A stretch of 64,000 nucleotides of DNA, from assembly GCF_009914755.1 (NCBI RefSeq), contig NC_060925.1. One strand, given 5' to 3'. Origin of the DNA: the human T2T-CHM13v2.0 reference genome, Homo sapiens. Numbering within the stretch: the first letter of the stretch is position 1; the number at the start of each line of letters is the position of its first letter. The notes beneath the pieces are model-generated. The model had not been told where the DNA came from, did no database searches, and saw only the letters and a list, made by a program, of their open reading frames with translations. Shown piece after piece: positions 50,271-64,000 of this stretch. Position numbers and translations under genes: made by a program.

Positions 50271-51756
50271 AATTTTTCCATTGAAATCTCCCAAAAGGCC
50301 TATATTTGATTATTTATAAGAAAAATGGAAGACAAATGAATAAGTAGCCTGTTTATTTTTCCCGAGTTTCATTAGAAATATATAAACAGAATAATATATA
50401 AACATAGAATCTGGTTAAAGGATTATAAAAATAGAACATCACAAGGATTTATTCTCTCTAATTTCTTGCCTAAAAATGTTTTTGTTTTAGACAGGTTAGT
50501 GTTTAATAATTTTTGAAACCTCCATAGTTTTTTTTAATATATGCAATAAATTGGCACCAGAGCTACAATTTTCTTATACATATTGAGGGAGAATTTTAAT
50601 AGGGCCAGAGAAACTGCCCATTTTTCTGCTTGACCAGTGTGTGTTTTCAAGTGAGTTGAAGGGAGTGGACATGACGTTTTTGTGTCATCAGTGAGTGTAA
50701 GTTCCTTTTGGTTTCTTATGATCAGAACATCTTGCTGAACCTAATGTTAAATCTACTATTCAATGGCTTAGAAAGACAGTGAAATGTGATGTCTTCCTAT
50801 ATCTAGAGAAAATGTTTCTGATTTACTGGTGTTAGTGTTTCACCATAAATATAAATTTTAGTTCGATCTCTTTTCAAATTTTAGTGTCATTTTTAGACAC
50901 TATGAGATGGTGAATCTGGAAGAATTAAAGAACTAAACACTAGTAGCTCACTCAAGGAGAAAGAGACTTCCTAAAGGGTGGTAAATGTCTTACAGAATTT
51001 CTTGGAACGATGAAGAGACAGCATCTAGTTTGAGATATCAGAAGTGACTTCAGAGCTACATGGCAGAACTAGAATATTAAGGAAAACACTGTGCTGTCTA
51101 TGATCAGAAAACTGTCATGATCAAGAAGCCATCGCAGAAAAACAAAGCACATCCATAAAAAATCCTACTTCCAGAAACAGCAAGAAAAGCTGAATGTGTA
51201 GTTTATGTTTCTATCAAATCTTCCAAAGGGTACTTAAATACAGAATACAGACTATCTTAATGTTAGAAAGTGTATTTGTATAAATTGGTATCTGTAGAGA
51301 GTCTGAGAAATGTATTCTGTAGTACAGACACATATACTGTTGAAGGCTGGAATAAATGCTGCATGCCAGTCCACCTTACTTACAGGTTGTCAGCTCATAT
51401 TCAAATGCATAGCTCAGTTAGTTGGTCAGCTGATAGGGAGGGGAAAATACAGCACATCACTTAAGGTAGTATCTTAAATATCCACCATGCTTTGTAACAC
51501 TCTTAAGAACATATATTGAAAACACATCCCCATGAGAAATTTAAAAATGCTTTGTTATGTAAATAAATATGTAGCTCTATTTTTTTGAACAATTAAATTT
51601 AAAGCTTTGCTCTGAGAATCAACATAATATTCTAACTACCTAAACCTACAAAACTTGCTGGGAAAAAAAGAAACATGTTAATTATAATAGCGAATCTTAC
51701 ACATAGGCAAAAGCTTTCAAACACTAGGGAAATCAACAAATTAATAAAAAGAAATG

Positions 51757-52905
51757 AGTGGGCAATGATTTTTTGGATATGACTTCAAAAGCACAGGCAT
51801 CAAAACCAAAAATAGACAAATGGAATTACATGAAACTAAAAAATTTCTGCCTAGCAAAGGAAATGAACAGACTGAAGACGGGAGCTACAAAATGGGAGAG
51901 GGGAAACATTTACCATCTACATATCCAACAGGGGGTTAATAACCAAAATAGATAAGGAACTCAAACAACTCTATAGCAAGAAAATGAACAACCTAATTTT
52001 AAAATGATCAAGAGACCTGAATCAACATTTTTTGAAAGAAGACATACAAACGACCATCAGGTTAAGAAAAAAAATGCACAGTATCTCTAATCATCAGGAA
52101 AATGCAAATCAAACCACAATAAGATGTCACCTCATTCCTGTTAAAGTGGCTATTACTAACAAGACAAAAGGTAGCAAATGTTGAACTGGATATGGAGAAA
52201 AAGGAAACCTAGCACACTTTGGGTAAGAAGGTAAATTAGTACAGCCATTATGAAAAACAGTATGGAAATTAAAAAAAAATTAAAAATAGTGATCCAGCAA
52301 CCCCACTACAGGATATATATCCAAAGGAAATCAGTATGTGGAAGAGATATCTGCATTTCCATGTTTATTGCAGCACTGTTCACAATAGCCAAGATATGTA
52401 ATCAAACTAAGAGTCCATCAATGAATGAATAAAGAAAATGTTGCAAATACATACAAAGGAATATTAGTCAGGCATTCAAAAGGAAATCTTTTCATATGTG
52501 ACAACATATGCCATTATGTTGGATGATGTTAAGTGAAATAAGCCAAGCACAGAAAGACAAATACCACATGATCTCACACATATGTGGAATATAAAAAGCT
52601 TGTCACATAGAAGTAGAGATTAAAATGGTGGTTACCACAGCCTGGGGTGGTAGAGGGTGGGGATGTTGGGAGATGTTGGTCAAAGGGTACATAATTACAA
52701 TTAGATAGGAGGAATCGGTTCAAGTGATCTATTTTAGCAGCGTGGTGACTATAGTTAATGATGATATAATGTATACCTGAAAAATGTGAAGAGAGTAGGT
52801 ATTAAGTATTCTCATCAATGATTGATAATTACATGAAGTAATACATTTGTTAATTAACTAGATTTAACCATTCTACACTGTATATGTACTTCAAAACATT
52901 ATGTT
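51757..52905 (+). mobile_element. L1MA4A/L1MA5-like ORF2 end and 3' UTR
   Basis: Peptide GNDFLDMTSKAQASKPKIDKWNYMKLKNFC; 3' UTR TTAGATAGGAGGAATCGGTTCAAG. Confidence 0.85.
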
Positions 52906-53250
52906 TTTACACTGCTGAAAAAGACACACTTGAGACTGGGTAATTTATAAGGAAAAAAAGGTTTAATGGACTCACAGTTTCACGTGGCTGGGGAGGCCTC
53001 ACAATCATGGTGGAAGGCAAAAGCCACATCTCATGTGGCAACAGTCAAGAGAAGAGAGCTTGTGCAGGGAAACTCCCCTTTATAAAACTATCAGACATTG
53101 TGAGGCTTATTGACTATCATAAGAAAAGCATGAGAAAGACCTGTCCCCATGATTCAATTACCTCCCACCAGGTCCCTCCCATAACATTGGGAATTGTGGG
53201 GGCTACAATTCAAGATGAGATTTGGGTGGGGACACAGCCAAACCATATCA
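52903..53250 (-). mobile_element. THE1B/C solo LTR lacking about 10 terminal bp
   Basis: Ends GAGATTTGGGTGGGGACACAGCCAAACCATATCA; the left end is fused to the L1MA 3' UTR. Confidence 0.92.
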
Positions 53251-53346
53251 TTTGGCTAATTTGTGTTTTCCTAATAAAACAGATCAAACATACAGAACAG
53301 CAGAATATACTTCACTTTACCTCTACTCTCTGGTCTTCTCTATACT

Positions 53347-55648
53347 TGATATGGTTTGACTGTGTCCCCACTCAAATCTCATTTTGAATTGTAGCTCCCA
53401 TAATTTGCACATATTGTAGGAGGGACCAAGTGGGAGATAATTGAATCACAGGGGTGGTTTCCCCCATACTGTTATCATGATAGTGAATAAGTATCACGAG
53501 ATCTGATGATTTTATAAGGGATCTCCTCTTTCACTTGGCTCTCTCATTCTCTCTTGTTTGCCGCTATGTAAAATGTGACTTTCACCTTCTGCTATGATTG
53601 TGAGGCCTCCCCAGCCATGTGGAACTGTGAGTCCATTAAACTTCTTTTCCTTTATAAACTACTCAGTCTCGAATATATCTTTATCAGCAGTGTGAAAACA
53701 AACTAATACAGTACATTGGTACCAGCAGAGTGGAGTGCTGCTGTAAAGATACCCAAAAATGTGGAAGCAACTTTGCAACTGGTTAACAGGCAGAGGATGA
53801 AAGAGTTTGGAGGGTTCAGAAGAAGAGAGAAAAATGTGGGAAACTCGGGAACTTCCTAGAGATTTGTTGAATGGCTTTGACCAAAATGCTGATGATATGA
53901 ACAATGAAATCCGGGCTGAGGTGGTCTCAGATGGAGATGGGAACTTGTTGGAAACTGGAGCAAAGGTGACTCTTGCTATATTTTAGCAAAGATACGGACA
54001 GCATTTTGCCCCACCTTAGAGATCTGTGGAACTTTGAACTTGAGGGAGATAATTTAGGGTATCTGGCAGAAGAAATTTCTAAGCAGCAAAGCATTCAAGA
54101 GGTGACTTCAGTGCTGTTAAAAACATTCAGTTTTAAGTGGGAAACACAGCATAAATGTTCAGAAAATTTGCAGCCTGAGGATGCAATAGAAAAGAAAAAC
54201 TCATTTTCTGAGGAAAAATTCAAGCTTGCTGTAGAAATTTGCATAAGTAATGAGGATCTGAGCGTTAATCACCAAGACAATAGGGAAAATATCTCCAGGG
54301 CCTGTCAGAGACCTTCACAGCAGCCCATCCCACCATCACAGGCCCAGAGGCCTAGGAGAAAAAAAATGGTCTCACTGGCCATGACTACGGCCCCCCTGCT
54401 CTGTGCAGCCTAGGGACTTGGTGACCCGCATCCAAGTATCTCCAGCTATGGCTAAAAGGGGCCAATGCAGAGTTCAGACCATTACATCAAAGGATGCAAG
54501 CCCCAAGCCTTGGCAGCTTCCAAGTGGTATTGAGTCTGTGGGTGCATGGAAGTTAAGAATGGAGGTTTGGGAACCTCTGCCTAGATTTCAGAGGGTGTAT
54601 GGAAATGCCTGGATGCCCAGGCAGAAGTCTGCTGCACTGGTGGAGTTCTCATGGAGAACCTCTGCTTGGGCAGTGTGGAAGGGAAATATGGGGTCAAAGC
54701 CCACACACACAGTCCTCACTGGGGCACTGCCTAGTGGAACTGTGAGAAGAGGGCCACTGTCCTCCAGACTCCGGAAAGGTAGATCCACTGACAGCTTGCA
54801 CTGTGCACCTGGAAAAGCTGCAGACACTCAATGCCAGCCTGCAAAAGCAGCCAGGAGGGAGGCTGTATCCTGCAAAGCCACAGGGGTGGAGCTGCCTAAG
54901 ACCATGGGAACCTACCTCTTGCATCAGTGTAACCTGGATGTGAGACATGAAGTCAAAGGAGATCATTTTGGAGTTTTAAGGTTTGACTGCCCTGCTGGAT
55001 TTCAGACTTGCATGGGCCTATAGCCCCTTTGTTTTGGCCAATTTCTCCCACTTGCAATGGCTGTATTTACTCAATACCTGTACCCCCATTGCATCTAGAA
55101 AGTAACTAATTTCTTTTGATTTTACAGGCTTTTAGGCAGAAGGGACTGGCCGTGTCTCAGATGAGATTTTGGACTTGGACTTTTGAGTTAATGCTTAAAA
55201 TGAGTTAAGACTTTGGGGGGACTGTTGGGAAGGCATGATTGCTTTTGAAATATGAGGACGTGACATTTGGGAGGGGTCAGGGGCGGAATGATATGGTTTG
55301 GCTGTGTCTCCACCCAAATCTCATCTTGAATTGTAGCTCCCATTAATTCCTACATGTTGTATGAGGAACCCAGTGGGAGATAATTGAATCTCAGTGGCGG
55401 TTTCCCCCATACTGTTCTTGTGGTATTGAGTAAGTCTCACAAGGTCTAGTGTTTTAGAAAGGGTTTCCCCTTTCACTTGGCTCTCTCATTTTCTCTTGTC
55501 TGTTACCATGTGAGATGTACCTTTCACCTTCAATCATGATTGTGAGGTCTCCCTAGCCATGTGAATCTGTGAGTCCATTAAACCTCCTTTCCTTTATAAA
55601 TTACTCAGTTTCAGGTATTTCTTTATCAGCAGCATGAACACGAATACA
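53347..55648 (+). mobile_element. Complete THE1C provirus (5' LTR 53347-53710, internal 53711-55288, 3' LTR 55289-55648)
   Basis: Two direct LTRs with TG...CA ends, a purine-rich PPT GGGAGGGGTCAGGGGCGGAA, a perfect 5-bp TSD ATACT (53342-53346, 55649-55653), and broken internal ORF remnants. Confidence 0.95.
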
Positions 55649-55849
55649 ATACTCCTCATGAGGAATATAAAACCTTAAACCAAGAAATTGGCAATTTTTT
55701 CCTCTTTGATGCTGAATTTCAAAGCAGATAAAATAATCATCGCTGAACACTTTCCTATTTACAGACTTAGTTAAGGAAAGTGACTTCCTAAAAAGACAAA
55801 AAACAAAACAAAAACTCAAAGCAGATAAAAGTAAAGGCTCTACAGCCAA

Positions 55850-55990
55850 AAGCCTAAGTTTGCTTTATACAGCACATTGACAACAGTTATTTCACTTTGG
55901 GTAAAATAATTCAACTTTACAAGCCTAACTACACTAATCTGTAAAAATTCAGGTAATAATAATATCTACCTCAAAGAATTGTATATATAG
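55850..55990 (+). mobile_element. MIR fragment
   Basis: CACTTTGGGTAAAATAATTCAACT...ATCTGTAAAAATT...TAATAATATCTACCTCAAAGAATTG. Confidence 0.6.
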
Positions 55991-56014
55991 ATTCTTTTTT
56001 AAAAAATATACATA

Positions 56015-59000
56015 TACACTCATGCCATTTGCAAATAATTATAGCTTCATATCTTCTCTCCCAATTCCTACTTTTTTTCTGTATTCCTTTCTATTGCTTT
56101 ATCACACTGAGACCTCCAACAGAGATCTTTCCTGATACTGATCTCAAAGGGAAAGTTCTCAATATTTTACCATTAGATATGCTGTCAGATGTATGTTTTT
56201 GACCATCACTTTTATTAGATTACGGATGTTCTTTTCTATTGTTACTTTGCTGAAAGTATTCTTTATCGATGGATGTTAACTTTTAAGAAATATATGTTTT
56301 GAATTTATTGAGATGACTATAATATGATTTCCTCCCTCATTTCTTTTAATGTGGTAAAACCCATTGTTTGAAAGTCAAATGTTTAAATATGCATGCACAT
56401 AGATTGGATATGACATATCTTGTCTAGAATTTATTTACTAATATTTTGTTAATATTTTTGCACATATATTTATGACATCATTTGTCAAGTTTTGATACTA
56501 AAATTATTCTGACAAAAATTATTTAAAAGTGAGTTCTACCTTTTCTATTCTCTAAAGACATTTCTGTAAGGTTGATTCTATCTTACATGTTGGACAAAAC
56601 TTGGGACTTGCCTTCATGTTTCCTTCATGAGATTTTTCTTTTTATTTTTGAATTCAATTTATTTACACTTCATTGATGCAGTACCATACAAACATGCTAT
56701 TCTTGATTTAATAATTTTTTGAGGTGGTGTAGTATGTTGTATTTTTAGATAAATCTCTCCATTTTACCCACATTTAAGAACAAGGTTGGTACTTTTAATT
56801 TCTGTAAGACATGGTGGCAGTGTTCCTTTTTAATTCATAATAATGGAAATCTGTTTCTCTTTTTAGATCACACTCATTTATGAATTTAGTCTTTCCACAT
56901 GAAGTACCTTCGTATCTATTGATTTGCTTTACTGTGTGTTTGTGTTCTTTTTCTACCCTAATTTTTAGTATCTCTTACCTTCTATTGCCTTTTAAATTAA
57001 ATGTTCTTTTAAATTGATTCTTGAGTAGAATCTTGGTTTATTTTCAGCCATTCTGTTTTTCCGATAAATACATTTAAAGCCACACATTCTCTTCTCAATA
57101 TAGATTTTGCCACAGTACCTGATTTTCAAGTATTTGGATAGTTTCTAAGTATCATTTTTGCTATCAGCTTTCAGGACAATTTCTTCTTGGAAACAGAACA
57201 TATTAATGAATTTTATCCATGAGGACTAGTATAAAATCAATGCTCATGAATGTTCCATTCATACTAGATACATTTATTAATCATGTTTTTCAAACTTCCT
57301 CTATTTCTACTGATTTTTGTTTTTATAAATTTAGCTAGTAAATGGCTGTTGTATATAAACATCTATCACTGTAATTGAAAAACTGTTTATTTTTAAAGAG
57401 TGCATTTTTGCTAGTTTTATGTATCTATAGAATACGTTATTGTGTAAATAAAATTTACTATTTTTATTTCATTTTGATAATTAATTCTGTTATATTTATG
57501 AAAGTTTAACTTAACTCTTGCAATGCTTCTGTCCTTCACATGTACTTTTTCTGATATCAGTAAAGTTATACCAGACATTTTGGAGTTAATATATACATAA
57601 TTTTTTTTGTCATTTTATTATTATTCTTTTCTCATCATTTCATTTGAGATATGTGTCATGAAGGCAGTCTGCAGTTTGGGGCTTTATCCTGTGTTATTTA
57701 TTTTTATTTTAAATTATTCAATCAGTTTACATTAAGATAATCACTAACATATTTGACTTATATCTTCCAACCTCTTGTTTGCATTATAATTGCCCTATTA
57801 TTTTTTCTTCTTTACTTGCTGAATTCTGAGTTAATGTAAATTTTTCTTCCATTTCTTTTTTATTTATGTTGTTAGTTCTGTATCTTTTTATAAATATTGA
57901 AGTGGTTATTATAAGCTTGATTTACTGAAGTCCACTTAAAATAGTATTTTAACACTGCTTAGAAAATTCAAGAACTTTCAGAACTTTTCAAGTGAAATTA
58001 TATGAACTTCTTTGTGATTCTTACAGACAGGGATCTTAATGCTGTAAGTGTGTTAAAGTCTGCAAAATATTATTGTTGTTTCTTACACTGTCAATATGCA
58101 TTTCATATGGTCAATATTTATTCACTTTGTGCTTTTCATTTATTCCTGCATTTCCATGTTTTCATATGCACAGTCCTGTGATTTTATATCTGTGTGAGTC
58201 TTAAGTGACTAATTATCTGTTCATTTTTAAATTTCTTCATTTTGTGATCATTTTTAGGTTGAAAGTTGTTTTGCAACAGTTTCACAATGTTATTTTAATC
58301 ATTTTTAACACCATTAACAGTTGAAAACTCAGAAGCCAATCTTACTGTATCAACTTTGAAGTAAATGTGTTCCTTCTTCTGTTTTCTTTTAAGATTTATT
58401 TTTTCTTTGTTTTGGTTATTGGCAGTTTTACTATGAGGTGATTATATAAAATTTTCTCATTGTTTAACCTAGGAAAATCTTTGCCAAACATCTTTTATCT
58501 ATAGCTTAATGTCTTTCATCAGTTTAGAAACTTCCTGACCAGTATCATTTCAAATTTTGTTTTAATCTCTTCTTTCTTTCCTCTCCTGAGACTCTACTTA
58601 CATGTATGTACAATTTCTGCCTATATTCTACTCCTCTCTTTTCTTTTACAATTCTTTAATCTTTTCTTTCTCAATTATTCAGTCTGAATATTTTGTACTG
58701 ACTTGTAGACTGAGTTCACTATTCTTCTGTTGTGTCTAATATTCTATTAAACCTATAGTTTGAACTTTGTGTCTAGGTTTTATTTTTCACAAGTCAAAGA
58801 CTAACTGCCTCTTGGCCCTACTGACAGTTTCCTGGCAAAAGTTAGGTACCAATTGCCAATACCTAGGGGTGGGGAAATAGAGGGCTGGCAAATTCTGCTT
58901 TGTTCCTCTAGGGTGGGGTAGGAAGCCCAGCTCCCCACTGGGCCTCAGTGACACCAGAGGAAGGGAGGGTGCAGGGGAGTGCCAACTAGCCCTGCCTCTC

Positions 59001-59900
59001 AGCACCTCATTATTCTTCACTCATGCTGGTTGTAGGGTATAGATTCACTTCCCCACTTGGTCTCACTGATAACAGGGATAATAGAACAAGAGTGTCAATT
59101 GACTCTACTTTACCTTGCCTTGCTCAGTCTTATTCCTGCCAGGTGGGTGAGGAGGTTCAGCCCCATAATGCACCTTCCTGACACCAGGAGTAAGGGGAAC
59201 GTGGAGTGTTTATTAGCTCTGACCTGCACCATCTTGTACAGTCTATACGATGTTAGGTGATTATACAGGCTCAGCTCCCACACAGCTCTGCTGATACCTG
59301 GCATGTGTGTGTTGGGTGTGAGTTAGAGGAGGCTAGTTCTTTTTTGCATTACCAAATTAAATCTCACTGTTACCGGGTAGGAGTGGGGAGTCAGGACACC
59401 ACCTGGTTCTTATGGTGGGGAATGGAAGATCAGCTGACTATTGGGTGCTATAGATACAACATAGCAAGCAAATTAGAGCATTGCCTGCTTCCGTGAGGCA
59501 GGGAGTTTGGTTGGAAGACCAGCTCCCCTCTTGACCCACTAAAACTGCAAACAAGGGGATGCAATTTTTCCATTGGTATTGGCTGGGTATTGCCAAAAAT
59601 ATTTTCCTTTGAAAGGTTAGGCAGTGACAGGCTTTTCTTGCAGTTTTTTTGCTTTTTGTTTTGTCTATGCCTGTTGGTGGGATTTATATTGGAGATTATA
59701 AGAAAATTCAGTAAGATCCAAGAAGAAAAGTTGTGAGATTCCCTAAGTGGCCCACTTCTTTCCATGTTACAGAGGCTTCTTTCTATGCTTGTTGTTGTGT
59801 TGTTTTAGTTGTAAAAACTGAGGATTTTTCAAACTGTAAGACAGAGGACCTCAGAGGAATGGGGCTACTCCATCTTCACGAACTAGAGTTTCCAATGTCA
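56015..59900 (-). mobile_element. Ancient L1ME/L1M5 relic (ORF2, ORF1 and 5' region)
   Basis: CATGCCATTTGCAAATAA, CTGATCTCAAAGGGAAAGTTCTCAATATTTTACCATT and TTGGCAGTTTTACTATGA occur in antisense L1 order. Confidence 0.7.
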
Positions 59901-59939
59901 TTATTTTATTGTTTAATTTAGATTGCTTCAGATTTTTTC

Positions 59940-61520
59940 CTTCTTCTGATATTTCCAATTCTATTCTCTTGCCTCTCATTGATATGCACATACAGCAACA
60001 TGCAGATTGCGGTATTTTTAACTTTTGTCTCTCTAACATACTTGAAATAAATTTTCATATTGATGACTATCTATTAAAGTATATAATCTCATTTCTACAT
60101 GTTTTTGTGTGTTTCCATTCACATTAATGGTAGCACCCCTCACATTTGGCTTTTGCTTTATTCATTAACAATTTTGGAACTCAACCAAAAAATGACATAA
60201 ATAGCTATACTAAAATTCTTTTAATTACTGTCTAAAATCACACTCAGGCAGAAAATGTGCTCTATTTATACATTTAAAAATTGATACTTAATATGTCTTT
60301 GATTTTTTGCTGAGTTGGGTAATTGTTCCACAAATAACTTTATAAATATTCTCTTGATTATTATTCTGAATGCATCTCCAGATATAGAAATGGAATTGCT
60401 GGCCATGGGGCATGTATATTTACAATTTTATTAGAAACTGCTAAATTACTCTTCAAAGCAATGCTAATTTACACTCTGATAATGTGCTATTACTAGACAC
60501 TTTGGGTTGGGTTTAAATGCGGAAATGTGCCCTTTTTAAATTTTTCTGATTTCTAGTGGGTTTAGCAACTTTTTGTCCACAAATTCACCATTAAGTTTTG
60601 TTTGTAAGTTTTTTAATGTAATTTGTTCATTTTCCATTTATGTCATTTTTTCATTTTCCATTTACTTTTACAGGATTGCAGGTTGTTTATGTAATGTGGA
60701 AACATGAATAGAGGGCATTTTCTCCCAGCCTGTCATTTATTTTATTCACTTGTTTATTAAGCATACTTTTTAAATTTTTCCTTGGTATTTTTATACTTTA
60801 AGATTTTTATTGAAGTATAATCTGTTACATACAATGTATAAAGTATGCATATCTGGTGTGTGAACTTCTGCCCATCTGTGTAACCATCACACAAATCAAG
60901 ATACAGAAATCTGCCAGGAGCTCAGAGGCCTCTTGAATGTTCCATTGAAATCATGACCCCCACAAAGGTAACCACCACTCTTTTTGAAACATCGTTTAAT
61001 TTTACCTGTTTTTGAACTTTTCGTAAAGTGAGGTATATAGGATGCATTGTTTAGGGTTGTTTGCTCTTCTCTTTTTCTTTTGAGATTCATGCATGCTTTC
61101 TCATATAGATTCAGATCATTATCTTTCCATTGTTATATAGGATTTATCATTTGCATACACTACAATTCATTATTCATATTACTCATAATTAACAAATTTT
61201 GTTTGTTTAAAAGCTTGGCAATTTTAAATAACTGTGCTATAAATTTTCTTGGGCATATTTTTCTTAAGTGGTTTTACCAATTCACATTCCAGTAGTGATT
61301 GATCTCGCACTTCTGCGATACTTAGTGGGATCACTTAATTTTTTTTCTATTTTTTGTGTAGTGGTATCACTAAATACTTGCATTTTCTTAATGATCTTGA
61401 GTCCCTATTCACAAATTAACTTGAGATTAACTATTGGATAATCTCAAATTCAAAACTAAAATTGTTTGAATGATCTTTATTGTTCATTGTCTTCTTACAT
61501 GTTCTATATATTCTGCATAA
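59940..61520 (-). mobile_element. L1ME 3'-end relics (at least two, nested)
   Basis: GAAATGGAATTGCTGG, TTTTATTGAAGTATAAT and TGTAACCATCACACAAATCAAGATACAGAA. Confidence 0.65.
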
Positions 61521-61609
61521 ATACTTTATATATTCTGCATAAGAAATAAACCAAATATTGACCAAGGATATAGTAGAATAATGCAAACAATAAGGTACTA
61601 TTGCAAGAG

Positions 61610-61932
61610 TGGATAAAGCTGGAAACCATCATTCTGAGCAAACTATCGCAAGGACAGAAAATCAGACACCACATAGTCTCACTCATAGATGGGAATTGAA
61701 CAATGAGAACACTTGAACACAAGGCGGGGAACATCACACACCGGGGCCTGTCATGGGGTGGAGGTCTCGGGGAGGGATAGCATTAGGAGAAATACCTAAT
61801 GTAAATGACGAGTTAATGGGTGCAGCAAACCAACCTGGCACATGTATACATATGTAACAAACCTGCACATTGTGCACGTATACCCTAGAACTTAAAGTAT
61901 AATTAAAAAATAAATAAATAAATAAATAATAA
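61610..61932 (+). mobile_element. L1PA5-like 3' end with (AAAT)n tail
   Basis: ATTCTGAGCAAACTATCGCAAGGACAGAAA, GTAAATGACGAGTTAATGGG and CTAGAACTTAAAGTATAAT. Confidence 0.9.
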
Positions 61933-61989
61933 GAAAATTCACGTATAACTTTCAACTTTCCAAAAACTTAAAAAAAAAAGAGTTAAATT

Positions 61990-62270
61990 GGAAAAATATC
62001 ACAAAAATATAAGAAGAATCTTCCATTCTGAATAACTTCATTTATAAAGTTCAAACAAATAAATCTTAACTATGATTGCAGATGTTAGAATAGTGGTTAT
62101 GGAGTGGGGTATTAAGTGGGAGAGGATAAGAAGAAATCTGCCTGGTTCCTGGAAATCTTTAATCCTGTGTGGGTGAGGACTACAAGAGTACATACTCATA
62201 CAAAATATGTATTCAACTGTGATTAAGGTCCATGCACTTTACTGCTAATTATTTATACCATGCAAAAAAG
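61990..62270 (+). mobile_element. L1ME 3' end
   Basis: ATAAAGTTCAAA...GTTAGAATAGTGGTTA...CATGCACTTTACTG. Confidence 0.6.
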
Positions 62271-62279
62271 TAAATAGCT

Positions 62280-64000
62280 ACCTACTCTAAGGTAACATGA
62301 ATAAGTCCTTATGTTAGCTTTTGGAAGACATGTTTGTTTAATATTTACATTTATCTTTCTCACTTAGCTCCAAGCTCCTTTGAAAATGATTTTGGAATAT
62401 GCTGTAGAAGGCAGGGAGCTGTTGGTATTCACAGCTCACTGATTTTCCATATGGATAATAAATTAGTTCAGAAATATTTAGGGAAAGGACCATCTTTTCT
62501 TCATTATATTGCAGTGTAACTGTGTTTACATCAGTTGACAGCGTGTGTCTCAGGCTGTTTCTGATTTTTGTATTTTTTATGTTTGCCCATTCATCTCCTT
62601 GCATCAATACCATACTGTTATAACTACTGTAGCCATATACAATGTAATAAAATTTACCCAACCTGGGATTTAATTTCTTAATTTTTTTTGCTTTGATATC
62701 TATCATCATCTTTTGAAACTATGTAGCCATTATCTTTTGAAGTTTTGTTTATCTCCCATGAAGTTTTTCTTCTACTTCTGTGACTTTACTTCCATATAAG
62801 TTAGGCTCTTTTTATTTCTTATACGTTCTACTCTGTTTTTTTTTTTTCAGTCCTTATTTCTCTTCACGTTTCCATCTAGATAAGTTTTTCTTGTCTATAT
62901 CATTGTCACTAATTCTCTTTTTCTTACTGAATTTCTATAAATACTGATAATTTCAACTCCAAGATTTAAATCTGAGTGGCTTTTAGAAATTCCAGTAACC
63001 TGGCAAAATTATTCATGTTTTCTTTAATGTCTTAACTCTATTAACCATAATTCTGAAAAACATATCTGGGGGTTTGGGGGAAGTCTGGTTTCTCTCTATA
63101 GATAAGTAGATACATATAGATAGCAATACAGATATAGATATGTCTATAATTTAGTCTTGTATGACATGCCTAATAATTTTTATTGAGTACATAAGTTTGG
63201 GTATTATGAATTGTAGAGGTTTTGGATAACATTATATTCTTCCAAAGAGGATGTGATAATTCTCTGGCAGGTTGGTAGAATTTGGGCACATGTTTCTTGT
63301 AGATTTCTGATATGTTCTTTTATAAGGTTAAGGCAGTATCCTTCTATTTTTAGATTGCAAATATGTGTATTTGCGTGTGCAAGTGTGTGTGTAAATATTC
63401 CAAATGTTCATTTTATATGTTCAAAGGTTCTGCGTTTCTATTATATACTGGAATAAATCCTAGATTGTTAAAATTATCACTTTGTTATTGTATTTAGGAT
63501 ATCAGCGTCTTCATGAATGACAGAGATTGCTTTTTAAATATATTTTCTAGTACTTTTCTTCCCTGAATCCGGTGTTAAGATAGTAACTATATAAAGTAAA
63601 TGTTGTATTGATCCTTTCTTCTATTCTCTTTCTATCCCTTGAATGTTTGGCAGAATTAAAGTATAAAATATGTGGGACAAGTTTATATAAATATCTTGGT
63701 GGGATATTTTCACTATTGGCTCAATTTATTTAATGAGTACATATTATTAATTTTCTATTTCTTCATATTTTTCTAGAAAACTATCCATTTCCTCTAAATT
63801 AACTGTATGCTATGAATCTCTTAGGGGGGAAATCTAAAAGGGAGTTATAGTAAGTTTTTTCATCCTTTTTATTTAAAGGATGTCCTAGGATGGAGAAACA
63901 TTTGTTTGCTTAGGAAAGAAAGGTGATTTTGCATTATTCAGAGATTGATATTGAAGTTTATTTATTGGGCTTTGAATTTATAATCGTAATTTACCAGTAT
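62280..64000 (-). mobile_element. Fragmented ancient L1M relics
   Basis: TTTCCATATGGATAAT, CCATACTGTTATAACTACTGTAGC and GAATGTTTGGCAGAATT. Confidence 0.55.

Noticed and set aside
50870-51385. Possible very old MLT1-type LTR
   Set aside because: The similarity is too faint to call by eye.
53973-55023. 146-aa and 206-aa ORFs
   Set aside because: Frameshifted remnants of the THE1 internal ORF without ATG starts; not a host gene.

Overview
This is AT-rich, repeat-dominated primate DNA, very likely human because it carries an L1HS pre-Ta element. I find no supportable protein-coding gene; it reads as a gene-desert or deep-intronic interval. Content: stacked old L1s (L1M/L1MA/L1PA), seven full Alus plus one Alu stub, a solo LTR12C inside an L1PA, a complete THE1C provirus, other MaLR/ERV1/ERVL LTRs, DNA transposons (MADE1, MER44, Tigger2b, MER6A, MER58, Charlie4), and L2/L3/MIR relics. 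The ORF track is explained by repeats or chance. I did not find a new gene system. The best signals are mechanistic: (1) a young twin-primed L1HS pre-Ta insertion with a destroyed AATAAA and a likely 12-nt 3' transduction; (2) a perfect 32-bp inverted repeat inside an ancient ERVL; (3) a tailless 5S rRNA retrocopy with a perfect 16-bp TSD; (4) a perfect 67-bp tandem duplication; (5) several locally templated insertion scars, including an 80-bp copy taken from 6.8 kb away. Subfamily names come from recalled consensus sequences, not from a RepeatMasker run, and boundaries of old elements are approximate.
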